Below are positions 52,892-63,213 of a DNA stretch of 64,000 bases, one piece after another; within the stretch, counting starts at the first letter, position 1; each line of letters starts with the position of its first letter. Both the position numbers and the translations under genes were made by a program. Source of the DNA: Paramoeba atlantica (taxonomy: Eukaryota > Protista > Discosea); the NCBI GenBank assembly GCA_977017575.1, contig CDRNVI010000043.1, forward strand, positions 434,001 to 498,000. The letters are read 5' to 3'. The notes under the pieces were generated by a model, which was not told where the DNA came from, did not search any database, and saw nothing but the letters and a program-made list of their open reading frames with translations.

Positions 52892-53677
52892 TCATGCATT
52901 CTCTGCACTAGGTATGGACAGTCTGCGTGGTTTCTTGGCCTCTTTTGCTTCCGCATCCGCAAGAGTGATTCGTCGTCGTCGAGGGCGGCAGGACAGAGGG
53001 TTGGGTCCCTTTGATTTTCTTTTTTTCCGTGGCTGCACAAATTCTGTGGAAGCGTCGCTGGTCTTCCTTTCCATAAGATTTTGTTGTTTCGCAGACATCG
53101 GTTCTCTACCAATAGTTTTAGGGCTGGACATATCAGATTGCCCCGTAGTCCGTGATTGTCCACTTGCATTCGGGGGTCGAATTCGTAACTCGGCCAGATT
53201 TCGGTCAAAAACAAGGACTGGTACCTGAGGAAACATTCGCGTAATATCGGGTGCGTGCAAGGAAGAAGTACAAATCATGCAGCTCTTTTTTCTGTCCAAA
53301 TATTGAAGGTTCATTCTTATCCAGCGGTCAAGCAAATCAGTGCTGTTTTTTATTTGCTCAATCTTCACCTTTTCTCCAGACTCGTCCATTATGGAAACGT
53401 ATTGAAGCTTTTGACCGAGACGGAGCGCCGCCTGATGACCGCTTTGCTTAAGACTTTCCAATGTCCAAGTATGCGTACATACTGAAAAGAGTGTTGGTTT
53501 GCCCAATGTGGTTAAGAGTCGTGTAACTGCTTCTCTTGGTGTAGTCTGTCGCGAAACGCATTCCTGCAAAAAGTCACTCTCAACCCATACACGATACGGA
53601 GGCCGATGATTGTGACATATTTCGTAGTTAAGAAGCGCCTTTTTATTGTCCTTCCTGCGATGTACGCGTGATTTCAT
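52892..53677 (-). CDS. UTP23: rRNA-processing protein UTP23 (PIN/Fcf1)
   Basis: PYRVWVESDFL PIN start; C-terminal KSKGPNPLSC. Confidence 0.8.
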   Translation of the reverse strand: MKSRVHRRKDNKKALLNYEICHNHRPPYRVWVESDFLQECVSRQTTPREAVTRLLTTLGKPTLFSVCTHTWTLESLKQSGHQAALRLGQKLQYVSIMDESGEKVKIEQIKNSTDLLDRWIRMNLQYLDRKKSCMICTSSLHAPDITRMFPQVPVLVFDRNLAELRIRPPNASGQSRTTGQSDMSSPKTIGREPMSAKQQNLMERKTSDASTEFVQPRKKRKSKGPNPLSCRPRRRRITLADAEAKEAKKPRRLSIPSAENA

Positions 53678-53843
53678 TTAAAAGCGTAAGTCTGGGGTAT
53701 AGAAGATAACTCTCTTCCTACGGTGACATAAATAATATATCTAAGTATTACATAAGAGCTTCTTTAGTCAACCATTTTATTCCAAAATTTGTAACTACAT
53801 GCGTACCTCTAATAAACAGATAAGACTTTCAATCTCCGAACTG

Positions 53844-54956
53844 TCATCGATCTTGCTCGGCTGCTTCTTGCTTGAACGCGATAACTTTGCGCAACGCAGG
53901 TATTGCACAGTGGGCGATTAGCAAAGGAATTGTAATGGTTGGGTCGGCGTGCACTTTGATGTGCCTCGAACCCGGTGCCAGTTTACCCCAAGACACGGCC
54001 TCATCGGGGGAAGCTCCGGAGTCGCTCCCGTCAAACTCTTGTAACGTACTCAAATAAATCGCCAGATCAGCCCCATTACGCATCAAATTGGCGTTACAGG
54101 TATGATGTTTCACGACTCCGCCGCCGGCAATAATCATTGCGGTGCGTCGGGCGTCCATCGCTATACGGTTGATTTTACAAATATCCGAGACAAGATCAAC
54201 ACAGGGCATAGGGGTGTGCTTGGACATAAGTTCGGCCATTGTACTGTCAGCCCAGGCTGGGATAAAAATGGGGATGTCATGTTGGGCGGCCCAATAGACA
54301 AAACTATTTTCGCATTCTGGCTCAGACATTGACATAACACACTTTCCAATCATTGTAGCCAGTACTGATGGGGAATACTTCATGTTAGGGATCATCGTCG
54401 CAATAATTTCTTTTGCAAACCACTCATCAAATTTCTCTCGATCACACAACACTCTTGATATGTCGCGTTCGATGGAAGCCCCCGATACGACAAGGACATG
54501 TAATAGTTTATGTTGCGTAAGAAACACTGCCGCATCATGTACGCAGGTATCTACGAAATTGTCAGAAAAAGCAAAGAAAACCGTGCTCTTCGTTTTGAAC
54601 CCAACTTCGCTCTCTGAAGCTGTGTCTTTCTGAGTACTCGAGTCATCGTTCTTCCCGAGAGACCAGCCGATCATTTCTTTAAATATTATGAATGCCTGAC
54701 CTAGATTTGAAGCTTGAAAGCCGGTGGTCAGATATCCATCTAGAAGAGTGCAAAGATCTGGAGACAATACCCCATTGACCTGCAAGTAGTCAAATGTAGG
54801 ATCTGAGGGTTGAAAAACTGCAGAGTGAGCATCGTCCATCACGAATGGAAAAATAAGCTTAGAATTTTCGTACACGAGCTGTGCAACTTGAAATGAACAT
54901 GTATGTAACAGAACAGTAAGCTTAACTATGATCGAAAAAAATACTGTTCTCCCCAT
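53844..54956 (-). CDS. DHS: Deoxyhypusine synthase, catalytic-Lys-bearing subunit with degenerate NAD-binding half
   Basis: GFQASNLG, GGGVVKHH, EFDGSDSGA, EAVSWGK. Confidence 0.9.
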   Translation of the reverse strand: MGRTVFFSIIVKLTVLLHTCSFQVAQLVYENSKLIFPFVMDDAHSAVFQPSDPTFDYLQVNGVLSPDLCTLLDGYLTTGFQASNLGQAFIIFKEMIGWSLGKNDDSSTQKDTASESEVGFKTKSTVFFAFSDNFVDTCVHDAAVFLTQHKLLHVLVVSGASIERDISRVLCDREKFDEWFAKEIIATMIPNMKYSPSVLATMIGKCVMSMSEPECENSFVYWAAQHDIPIFIPAWADSTMAELMSKHTPMPCVDLVSDICKINRIAMDARRTAMIIAGGGVVKHHTCNANLMRNGADLAIYLSTLQEFDGSDSGASPDEAVSWGKLAPGSRHIKVHADPTITIPLLIAHCAIPALRKVIAFKQEAAEQDR

Positions 54957-55293
54957 ATACTTATAGTCGAAGAAAACATTGCTCGTTAAACCTCCAATTC
55001 ACGATTCCTTTAATCGCGAAAGAGATGTGATTGAGCATCTTTGAGACAACCTTTTGAAAAGTAAGACGTAAAGCAAAAAATAAGTTAAATCAATTCATGC
55101 CTCTTTAAGGATCAATACACTAAATCGGCAAGGTTATCACACGTGTTCCGTCTTCTATGCTTATAGCACTAACACATGCGCAGTACTCCAGTAGGTATGC
55201 TTAGTAGATGCCTCTAATTCTATCCACACTTCGTTTCCTTGGACTCACAGACCACGCCGATGCTCGTAAACGTAGCTCCGATGTTTCGTTAGT

Positions 55294-55644
55294 TTATCTT
55301 TGGCTACGAAGAATATAGTACAGGAAAAAGAAGACAAAGGCAACAAACATAATTAAAGTTCGCATGGGGTGAAAGTTAGTGTGTCGGTGCATCACAACAT
55401 TGATATGGTGGAGACTTCGTTGAAGCGCTCCACGTGACTTTAGCATCAGTTTATCCATTCCAGATAGAATCGACGTCTGTTCGGAAACTTCTTGTTGTAG
55501 AGATTTGCATGCACCATGTAGTTGGGAGACTTGATTAGACAACGCGCGTAATATGGCCTCATTTTCTTCGAGGACGTATTCGCCCAAGCCTCCACTGGAA
55601 GCCGTAGTTCTTCTCTTGTCGGTGCTTACTGTGGTTGTTGGCAT
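55294..55644 (-). CDS. Qc-SNARE (Bet1-like)
   Basis: LEENE..L..LSNQVSQL heptads plus C-terminal TM anchor. Confidence 0.8.
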   Translation of the reverse strand: MPTTTVSTDKRRTTASSGGLGEYVLEENEAILRALSNQVSQLHGACKSLQQEVSEQTSILSGMDKLMLKSRGALQRSLHHINVVMHRHTNFHPMRTLIMFVAFVFFFLYYILRSQR

Positions 55645-55938
55645 AATCTCACACTCGCTCTTCTTAGTTTCATTTCTTCTTTGGAAAATGCTAATTTATT
55701 AAAAGCGAATAAAGAGGAGGTTCTTTAACGTAGCGAATTATAGTATTCAGAAATAGGTCTCAGTATAGTAGTAATTTAGAAAATATACGATGAACGGAAA
55801 GCTACAAATAGTATTTTGCTTAATTTTTCTTTGAGAATGCTCAACCACTAAAATTTCAGATTTGCTTCAGTATCAATAAATGCTGATACAACTTTTCACT
55901 TTCTTTCTTGCTACTTGCTCTTGACTTTGTATGTGACC

Positions 55939-56664
55939 TCAAATAAGGCGTTTGACGAATTGATTCATATAGGCCTCACGGTTCCCAAAGTCTCCCCCTT
56001 CGATAAAATGTCGGCGTTTCTTGTTAATACCACCACGCGGAGCGCTGAGTTTAAAGGGCCACAGCGTAGACGATACCTTGGTGAAACGAGGTCCGCACGT
56101 CGCTAGCTCGTGGACTATATCATCAAAGCATTGAATCGTCTTGCAGTAGGGCAGCGCCTTGCGCACCACCTCATTGTCAGTGAGCCGAATTCGCTTGCCT
56201 CCGATCTTTGCGTAACCACGTTTCAGGACGAGCTTCTGCACGGTACTCGGGCTGAGCTGACCATAGGTTACCCAGGGTTCAATCATGCGCAGCATCGGCA
56301 TTGTGGCCTTGTTAAGACGAAGGAACACTCCGTTGTAGATTTGACGCAGCCGGAACAGAGTCAAGATCTTACGGGGGCGGGGAGGGACCTTGTGAATCCC
56401 TCGGGTACGTACAACGAAGGCTACCTTCGGGCTTCCCTCAGTGACGTATTTCCCCTCGCGTTCGGCGGTACGCTTCAGGGCAGCTTCAGATCGCTCCACC
56501 TGTTGGCGTTTTCGGGCATTCGTAACGGCTCGTTTCAGTACCGTCGCGCGCTGTTGGGCCTCTCGTCGGGCTACCTTGCCCTGTGACTGAGTCACGGCCT
56601 TGACGCGGTCCCGCTTCACCTTTTCCTTCTTCAGTTTCGATTCCGGTACGCGTTGGGTAGTCAT
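55939..56664 (-). CDS. RPL7: 60S ribosomal protein L7 (uL30)
   Basis: KVAFVVRTRGI, LFRLRQIYNGVF, WPFKLSAPRGG, EGGDFGNRE. Confidence 0.97.
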   Translation of the reverse strand: MTTQRVPESKLKKEKVKRDRVKAVTQSQGKVARREAQQRATVLKRAVTNARKRQQVERSEAALKRTAEREGKYVTEGSPKVAFVVRTRGIHKVPPRPRKILTLFRLRQIYNGVFLRLNKATMPMLRMIEPWVTYGQLSPSTVQKLVLKRGYAKIGGKRIRLTDNEVVRKALPYCKTIQCFDDIVHELATCGPRFTKVSSTLWPFKLSAPRGGINKKRRHFIEGGDFGNREAYMNQFVKRLI

Positions 56665-56874
56665 AACGAACGTAATTTATAGAATATACAAGACTGAAGT
56701 AATAGGTCTGGAAGATACACCCCGTCTCTGTTGTCGAGAAACTATGCGTAAAAACAGTACCAGGTATACCTGATGTACAGTGTAACTGGATATAAATTCT
56801 GCAACTGGTTGTACATGCCCTTACCTTCGAAAAACCCAAAATTTACTTATGAACCCTACATCCCACCCTCTTAT

Positions 56875-58200
56875 CTACTCCAGTAACCGCCACGAGCCCT
56901 CACCCTGGGGTGTGTGCCGCGTGATCCGGGCATTGATCTCATCCACCTCGTACCACGCCTCATTCTCATCCTTCCACGGCTCGTACGGGTTGTCATAGTA
57001 CCCCTCATACATCGGTTTCTCCGCCTCCTCTACGCGGGCCGCCACCTCGTCCTCTACCGTTACCGGAGCGGCGGTCATCAACCCCCGCGCAGGGAGCTGA
57101 TTCCGAATATGCGGCGGCAGCTCGGTGTACTTCGCCAGCAGCACCTCCTGCTGCATCTGCAGCACCGCCCCCTCGGTGAGCACCAGCCGGTCATGCTGCA
57201 AACAATCGTACACATTAAACCGATTCAACGGAACCGGGTTCTTCGGTCCCTTCGGTCCAAGATACTTCAACCGCTGCCGCTGTCGGTTCCAATCCACCGG
57301 CTCCGGGCATTCCACGATCGGGCGCACCGTCTTCACCCGTCCCTGGGCGAAGCTGCCGTAAAAGAACGACCGGTTAAACTCCTTACTCGGGGCGACCCGG
57401 GAGCCCCCGTCGAGGAACAGCACCCCGGCGCCCGTGTGGCGGGTGTCCCACCGCATGCGCCCGCAGAGCGCGCTGAACCCCCGCGGGGTCGGGCGGGGCA
57501 GCGCGAGGCGCTCCACGACCTGGAGCTTCCCCTGGAGCAGCTTGGTGGTGAGCGCCATGGCGTTCGCGATGCGCCACTTGTGGGGGTTCTGCGGGGGCAT
57601 GCGGCGGGTCCAGGGCTTCATCGGGTTCGAGAGCGCCCCCCAGCCGTACTTGGCCCCTTTGCGGGGTCCGGCGCGGATGAGGCCGGTGCCGGTGTTGGGG
57701 TAGGGCTTCTTGTTGCTGAGGTAGAGCTCGCGACAGCCGTGGTCGGATTGGATTTTGAAGTTCTGACAGCGCTGGTCCCAGTAGTTCCAGGCCCAGTGCA
57801 GGTGCTCCGTGTTGGGGTAGCGCCCGAAGAGGTAGGGGTCGAGCTCGGTGGTGTGGCTGATCTCGTTGTCGAGGGTGAAGACGGGGACAATGAGGGGGAC
57901 GCGGATGGTGTTGTGGGTGTAGACGGGGGTGACGGAGCATTTAAAGTGGGGAAGCTCGGGGAGGGGCTCGGTGAAGTAGGGGTGTACACGTTGGGGGGAG
58001 GGGGCATAGGGAGAAATCAGTGGCCAGCGCAGGGAACTCATGACCGCCCCTCGCAGAGGCAGGGGGTGGGCTCCCGGGATCACTTGGTCGGGGTGCTCGA
58101 GTTGAAAGTCGACCCCCGCACGAGGAGCCAGGGATTGTCCCTGGTCCATTTTCTTCATCTTACTAACAAAGCGGTGGGCAACCCAGTTGCGGTGTAACAT
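56875..58200 (-). CDS. Mitochondrial ribosomal protein uL4m
   Basis: SNKKPYPNTGTGLIRAG, LYDCLQHDRLVLTEGAV L4 motifs. Confidence 0.75.
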   Translation of the reverse strand: MLHRNWVAHRFVSKMKKMDQGQSLAPRAGVDFQLEHPDQVIPGAHPLPLRGAVMSSLRWPLISPYAPSPQRVHPYFTEPLPELPHFKCSVTPVYTHNTIRVPLIVPVFTLDNEISHTTELDPYLFGRYPNTEHLHWAWNYWDQRCQNFKIQSDHGCRELYLSNKKPYPNTGTGLIRAGPRKGAKYGWGALSNPMKPWTRRMPPQNPHKWRIANAMALTTKLLQGKLQVVERLALPRPTPRGFSALCGRMRWDTRHTGAGVLFLDGGSRVAPSKEFNRSFFYGSFAQGRVKTVRPIVECPEPVDWNRQRQRLKYLGPKGPKNPVPLNRFNVYDCLQHDRLVLTEGAVLQMQQEVLLAKYTELPPHIRNQLPARGLMTAAPVTVEDEVAARVEEAEKPMYEGYYDNPYEPWKDENEAWYEVDEINARITRHTPQGEGSWRLLE

Positions 58201-58474
58201 GGTGGAAGAAGGGAGGTAACGTTAACGTGTGAAGAGCTATCGAAAAACAACTGGTTGTACAACTAATAAAACAGGGGCATGGCCCTACACTTCACAGTAT
58301 CCTATGCAACAAACACTAATAAACCAGAGGCGCCCGTGCGATAAAATAGGTGAGCAAGAGTAACTCAATAATGTGACCTCACTCATCTTCTATGAGCTCA
58401 CTTCTACTGCAGTTCTATTATTTCTCTACTGCATCTCTCTACTGTACAGAAGACTGCTGTAGTAGTTTAGTGCT

Positions 58475-59188
58475 CTATCTTTCTTCATCGTCTCTACTAA
58501 GCGAATCCCATATTTCAATGTTGGGTGGTATTAATTTCGGTAATAGAAGTCTGCGATGAGTACTGATAGTAATAGTTACTCCAGATATGTCGGCGCCGGG
58601 CGTCAATAAGAACTTTCCGTAAAATCTATTGTAGTGTAGCTGAAGATCGCTAAGGGTACGAGGAAGCATGTCTAATCGAAGGTCTCCGCTAAATCGATTG
58701 GCGAATAAATGAAGAGTATATATTTCGAGGGGCAGGTTTGTCAGATCCACATGGCCTCTGCACCTGTTCCACGAAAGCGTGAGAGTGTCCAGCGTACTTG
58801 GAAGTTCAGCAAAGGATAATGCTCCAGAGAATTTGTTCATATCCAATACAATCTCCACGAGACCACCAGGTAAGTCTGGTACACTCACGATGCCGTGCAG
58901 CGAATTCTGACGTATGTTTAGAAGCCGCGTCTTCTCCGGCAGATACATCCACTGAAGCTCACCTCGCAATCCCCTGAAACACCAGGAGATCCTGATTTCA
59001 GTGTTGTATGTATCTATGCCCGACCAATTCTGTACAGGAGTATCAGCGTTCCATGAACTATGTACATTCTCAAGACGTTCTACAAATTTGCAAAGAACAT
59101 ATTCCGCAGGTAGAGTAGCCCTTCGCACTCTCCCAGGTCTAACTGCAAAAGTGTCGCACGATTGGGCCGCATACAAGCAGAAACTCAT
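58475..59188 (-). CDS. Leucine-rich repeat protein (family member 3)
   Basis: PGRVRRATLPAEY..SWNAD..NWSGI cap homologous to member 1; LRR repeats. Confidence 0.85.
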   Translation of the reverse strand: MSFCLYAAQSCDTFAVRPGRVRRATLPAEYVLCKFVERLENVHSSWNADTPVQNWSGIDTYNTEIRISWCFRGLRGELQWMYLPEKTRLLNIRQNSLHGIVSVPDLPGGLVEIVLDMNKFSGALSFAELPSTLDTLTLSWNRCRGHVDLTNLPLEIYTLHLFANRFSGDLRLDMLPRTLSDLQLHYNRFYGKFLLTPGADISGVTITISTHRRLLLPKLIPPNIEIWDSLSRDDEER

Positions 59189-59382
59189 CGTTAGGTGACT
59201 AATTTCAAATGCTTTTTACTTCTACAGTAATTTGACATTACTAATTTTTGTTGTACGCCTTAAGAAATTCGGATACAACATATTAATTCGATAAAACGTC
59301 CATTCGATGCCTCAAAAAAAGTAAAATTGGTAAATTTCATTAACCTACCGAGGAGTTTAATATACACCCATATTTGCGGTGT

Positions 59383-61848
59383 CTAATTGCGATGAAAATG
59401 TCTTTTCTTCTGCATCATTTTCTTTTTCGCCTTGTTTTCAGCAGAGCGCATGTGTTGTTCTAACTGCTTGCCTCGGAGGCGCTTCTTTTTCCCTTTAACC
59501 ATAGCGAATGGACTAAAGCAGGTTTGATCGCCTTCTGGATAATTCCTCACATGTTCCTTCTCACCCACATCAGGTATCTGCATTTTTGTTTTCAGCATCC
59601 ATTTTGAAAATGTCTTCCTGTCGGTTTCAATCTTTATTTTGGATCCCGCCTCGTTCCTAAGACCGCGAAGCATAAGCTTTGCTCGACCAACGTCTTCCTT
59701 AACATATTTCTTCGTTTTCTTATTCCACGCGTATACTGAGCGAAGACTGTTCATTGCCTCCGCCGAGTCAGCGCATAGGTCGTCCGCAACATTTTCTAAG
59801 GTGTCTTCCACTGCAGTAACACACGGTTCGGAAGAAATGTAGTACGCTTCCTCGGAGCTACGATTCCATTTCTTTTCATTTTTGGGGATACTTGACTTCT
59901 TTCCGGTTGGCCTTACTGGAATCTTTTCGTGTTTTCCTATTTTTGTGTCTAACATTCCATGGAGGTCAGTTTTATTGTTAGTGGTCTCAGTTGTGTTGGG
60001 AAATGAGGCGCCGGTGACTCCATCTTTATGCTTACTCTCAGTCAAATTAGATATGAACTTCAAGGCTTCGCGAAAACTATTCTTTTTTGACTCTGAAAGA
60101 TTTTGCTGATTTTTTGCTTGAAATATCGCGCCTCCTCCCCGAAAGGATGAGACATTCTCCACGGCTACATTTTTCTCAGTTTGGTGCTCTCTGATTCTTT
60201 CTAGCTCAGAATGAATTGCCAGTTTGTGCATGAGCTCTCTTCCCTCGGCGTAAAGCGCATGAGCGCAAACCGGTCTAGATCGTTTGTATTGCTTGTACCC
60301 TTTATTTGCGGTGTCTCGAAGCGACATCAGCTCAGCATGATCTCGTAGGGTCATTTCAAGCCATTCGTGCTCGGGTTTCAGGAAATTCGCTGGCACTTTA
60401 CCATACTCGACAGAATGACTCATGTTTTGCTGCTCACTGTTCCCTTTTTCGGAAGGTTCCAGTTTCAGTTTGTTTCGGACGTTCATAAGATACGGGAGCT
60501 CATCAGAGGCGACAAAGGAAAAGGCCACGCCTGGAGCGCCCGCCCGTGCCACGCGCCCCCCTCGATGGATAAACAACTTTTCGGAATGCGGAAAAGAAAC
60601 GTTCAGCACATAGTCTAGGGCGGGAATATCGATCCCCCGAGCTGCGAGGTCCGTTACAAGTAAAAGTGTTGTGTGCTTTCGAATGAATTGACCCATGGCT
60701 TCTTTCCTCGCCTCTTGATCCATGGACCCGTGCAACGCTGAGCATTGATAGCCGTAGAGACGCAACAATTCACTGCAATACTCCACATGATACTTTGTGG
60801 GGAGAAATACGAGAGCTTGTTTGTGGTTGGAAGCAGTATTAGGGTTCGGGTGCTTAGTCTGTTTCCCGAGCAGTTTATTGTGATGAGATGGCGAGGTCGT
60901 AGATGCGTTTTTGTTAGTCTCTCGCTCTATGTTAAGTACGTGCTGTAACAGATAAAGTAGTAATGGAATCCTTTCGTCTTCACGTATGACAAAGAAAGAT
61001 GAAGAAAGTGTGTCGGGTAATTTGGTCTCAGATTCTAAACGAACAAACGTAGCATCGCTCAATCTCGCGGTTGCAAAGTCAGAGAGAATAGATGGCATTG
61101 TGGCCGAAAAGATAGCTTTTTGACAATGTTGAGGAACACGATACATTATTTCTGTGATTTGCGACTGAAATCCTTGCTCGAAGAGACGATCACCTTCGTC
61201 AAGTATCAGCATTTCGATAAGGGAAAGTTGCAACTTTGTTTCGCTTAGTACATGAAGAAGCCGACCTGGTGTCGCTACTACAACATCGGGATTGTTCGCC
61301 AGATTGGTGAACTGCTCCTCCAAGGAGTCACCACCCACTAGAACACAATTACGCAAACTGGTAAACTTCGAAAGATCACGGAGAAATTTTGCCGTCTGAA
61401 GAGCTAATTCTCGTGTGGGAGATAATATCATGCCGCGAATACCGCATATTTCGGAGTGACTGCTCAACAGTTGTAACATTGGGATGAGAAAGGCGGCTGT
61501 CTTACCGCTTCCGGTACGTGCCATTACAATTGCATCCTTACGCTGAAGCAAAAGAGGTATGGTACGTCTCTGAATGGGCGTCGGGTTGCTGTATTTTCGA
61601 TAGGCAATTCCGCGCGTAATTTCGTTGGACAATCCAAACTTTCCAAATCCAGTCATGTTCTTACGAATCTTTGATTGTAGCCCTACAGATACTTCAGCTA
61701 TGGTTCCTTCCACACCTGGAAACACGGTAAGCCGATCGTGTTGCAGAGACGTAAGACATGCGTCTGCTGTTTCCTTTTTATCATCGGAGGATGCTCCTGT
61801 GCTCTCCAACTTCATAAATGTAGGATAAAAATTTAAAAAATGATGCAA
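59383..61848 (-). CDS. DBP10: DEAD-box helicase DBP10/DDX54
   Basis: MARTGSGKT, PTRELA, DEGD, SAT, HRGGRVARAG; DBP10CT-like AWNKKTKKYV. Confidence 0.9.
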   Translation of the reverse strand: MHHFLNFYPTFMKLESTGASSDDKKETADACLTSLQHDRLTVFPGVEGTIAEVSVGLQSKIRKNMTGFGKFGLSNEITRGIAYRKYSNPTPIQRRTIPLLLQRKDAIVMARTGSGKTAAFLIPMLQLLSSHSEICGIRGMILSPTRELALQTAKFLRDLSKFTSLRNCVLVGGDSLEEQFTNLANNPDVVVATPGRLLHVLSETKLQLSLIEMLILDEGDRLFEQGFQSQITEIMYRVPQHCQKAIFSATMPSILSDFATARLSDATFVRLESETKLPDTLSSSFFVIREDERIPLLLYLLQHVLNIERETNKNASTTSPSHHNKLLGKQTKHPNPNTASNHKQALVFLPTKYHVEYCSELLRLYGYQCSALHGSMDQEARKEAMGQFIRKHTTLLLVTDLAARGIDIPALDYVLNVSFPHSEKLFIHRGGRVARAGAPGVAFSFVASDELPYLMNVRNKLKLEPSEKGNSEQQNMSHSVEYGKVPANFLKPEHEWLEMTLRDHAELMSLRDTANKGYKQYKRSRPVCAHALYAEGRELMHKLAIHSELERIREHQTEKNVAVENVSSFRGGGAIFQAKNQQNLSESKKNSFREALKFISNLTESKHKDGVTGASFPNTTETTNNKTDLHGMLDTKIGKHEKIPVRPTGKKSSIPKNEKKWNRSSEEAYYISSEPCVTAVEDTLENVADDLCADSAEAMNSLRSVYAWNKKTKKYVKEDVGRAKLMLRGLRNEAGSKIKIETDRKTFSKWMLKTKMQIPDVGEKEHVRNYPEGDQTCFSPFAMVKGKKKRLRGKQLEQHMRSAENKAKKKMMQKKRHFHRN

Positions 61849-62190
61849 AACAGCTAAATATGTAAAGATAAATAAATAAATGTGGTTTTTTTTTAAACTT
61901 TTATTCTAAAACAAATGTGAAACAAATATGAAATGAAAATCGAGGGACTAGTAGCCATACTTACGTGGTATCTAAATGCGAGTTGTATGAGCAGCAGTGC
62001 CGTGTGGAATCCTCTATGGGATTCCTGCATCAAGTTATTCTTTCTTACATCATCAGATTACTGGTCTAGTAATTCCAGTCTGGAAGCTTAGATGCAATTG
62101 GGACCAGATTAGATTTCTGGAAGAAACCTACCAGAGCAGGTAGGCATAGTTCCATCTCCACCGCTAGCCATCTCTCCAAACACTGTGACT

Positions 62191-63213
62191 CTACGTACTC
62201 TCTTTCGGGGCTTCTTGATTTGAAGCCTCTAAATATTTAACCCACAACTGAGCCATTTGACAAAGTTTAACAACTGTCAACTTCCACATCGGCAGGGATG
62301 GGTCAACCGCTACCTCTTGTGAGATGTATGCCGCGACTTCCGGAGGCATAGCTCGAGTGAGACCTTTGTGCACCGCCTCCTTGTGACGACTACGAATAAC
62401 CATTTTTAAAAACTGTGAGAGCGCCGCACCGTCCACAGGCACCAAAGGAACGCGTCGAGGACGGAACGCAACAATGGCTGCAGGAGCTTGTGATGAGGGA
62501 TAAAATGTTTCCTCCACGAGCGTTTTCTCAACCCGGGGTGCGAAATAATTCTGACACATGACGGAGAAATATCCAAACGAGTTTGTATCCGATGCAGCAC
62601 ATATTCTCTCGGCCACAGGTTGTTGGAAAAGGGCACGAAATGGCACGGCACCAAGTGAAAAAAGTCCCGTCCGCCGACTCGCTCCCACACAATATCTAAA
62701 AAGCAGTTTGTCTACAGTGTCAAACGGAACGTTGACGAACAAGGAGACCTCTGGATCGGCATCCCACGGTGAAGACCAATTCCGCTCTGGGAAGGTTTCG
62801 GCAATTAGAGCGGCTTCGTCGCAATTCAAAATGTCTGCATTAATCCACCGGAATCGATGCCCCGTTGTCCGCTGAATTCCTTCCAAATAGGTGTTATATT
62901 TTGTGTCCCCCTCAATACCCAATATTCCTTGACATGGTCGAGTGAGCAGACTTCGGGTCAAAGTGCCGGGACCGGATCCCACCTCCACAATAAGTTTCTT
63001 CTCCTGTGGGTGAATTGCCTGAACTAAAGTATGAGTTAGCTTGAGATTCATCATGAAGCGATTTCCTTTGTGTAGCTGGGGAAGCTCGTGTGATTTATGC
63101 ACTTTATACATGTATCGCACGTCCCCACCGCGCATGCGAGGGCCACCCGGACAACGGAGCGTGTCCACCCATTGTCGTCCTTTTTTCGTGAGGGGGACGC
63201 GCCGAACGTCCAT
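62191..63213 (-). CDS. KsgA/Dim1/TFB1M-family rRNA adenine dimethyltransferase, probably mitochondrial
   Basis: VEVGSGPGTLTRSLL, NVPF, FQQPVAERI, FYPS. Confidence 0.85.
   Translation of the reverse strand: MDVRRVPLTKKGRQWVDTLRCPGGPRMRGGDVRYMYKVHKSHELPQLHKGNRFMMNLKLTHTLVQAIHPQEKKLIVEVGSGPGTLTRSLLTRPCQGILGIEGDTKYNTYLEGIQRTTGHRFRWINADILNCDEAALIAETFPERNWSSPWDADPEVSLFVNVPFDTVDKLLFRYCVGASRRTGLFSLGAVPFRALFQQPVAERICAASDTNSFGYFSVMCQNYFAPRVEKTLVEETFYPSSQAPAAIVAFRPRRVPLVPVDGAALSQFLKMVIRSRHKEAVHKGLTRAMPPEVAAYISQEVAVDPSLPMWKLTVVKLCQMAQLWVKYLEASNQEAPKEST

Noticed and set aside
52663-53214. 183-aa ORF overlapping UTP23
   Set aside because: Alternative frame of the UTP23 gene; no recognisable content.
56914-58197. 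427-aa plus-strand ORF; likewise 19614-20207, 33388-34044, 52013-52594
   Set aside because: Antisense shadows of GC-rich genes; C/G-ending codons remove stops on the opposite strand.
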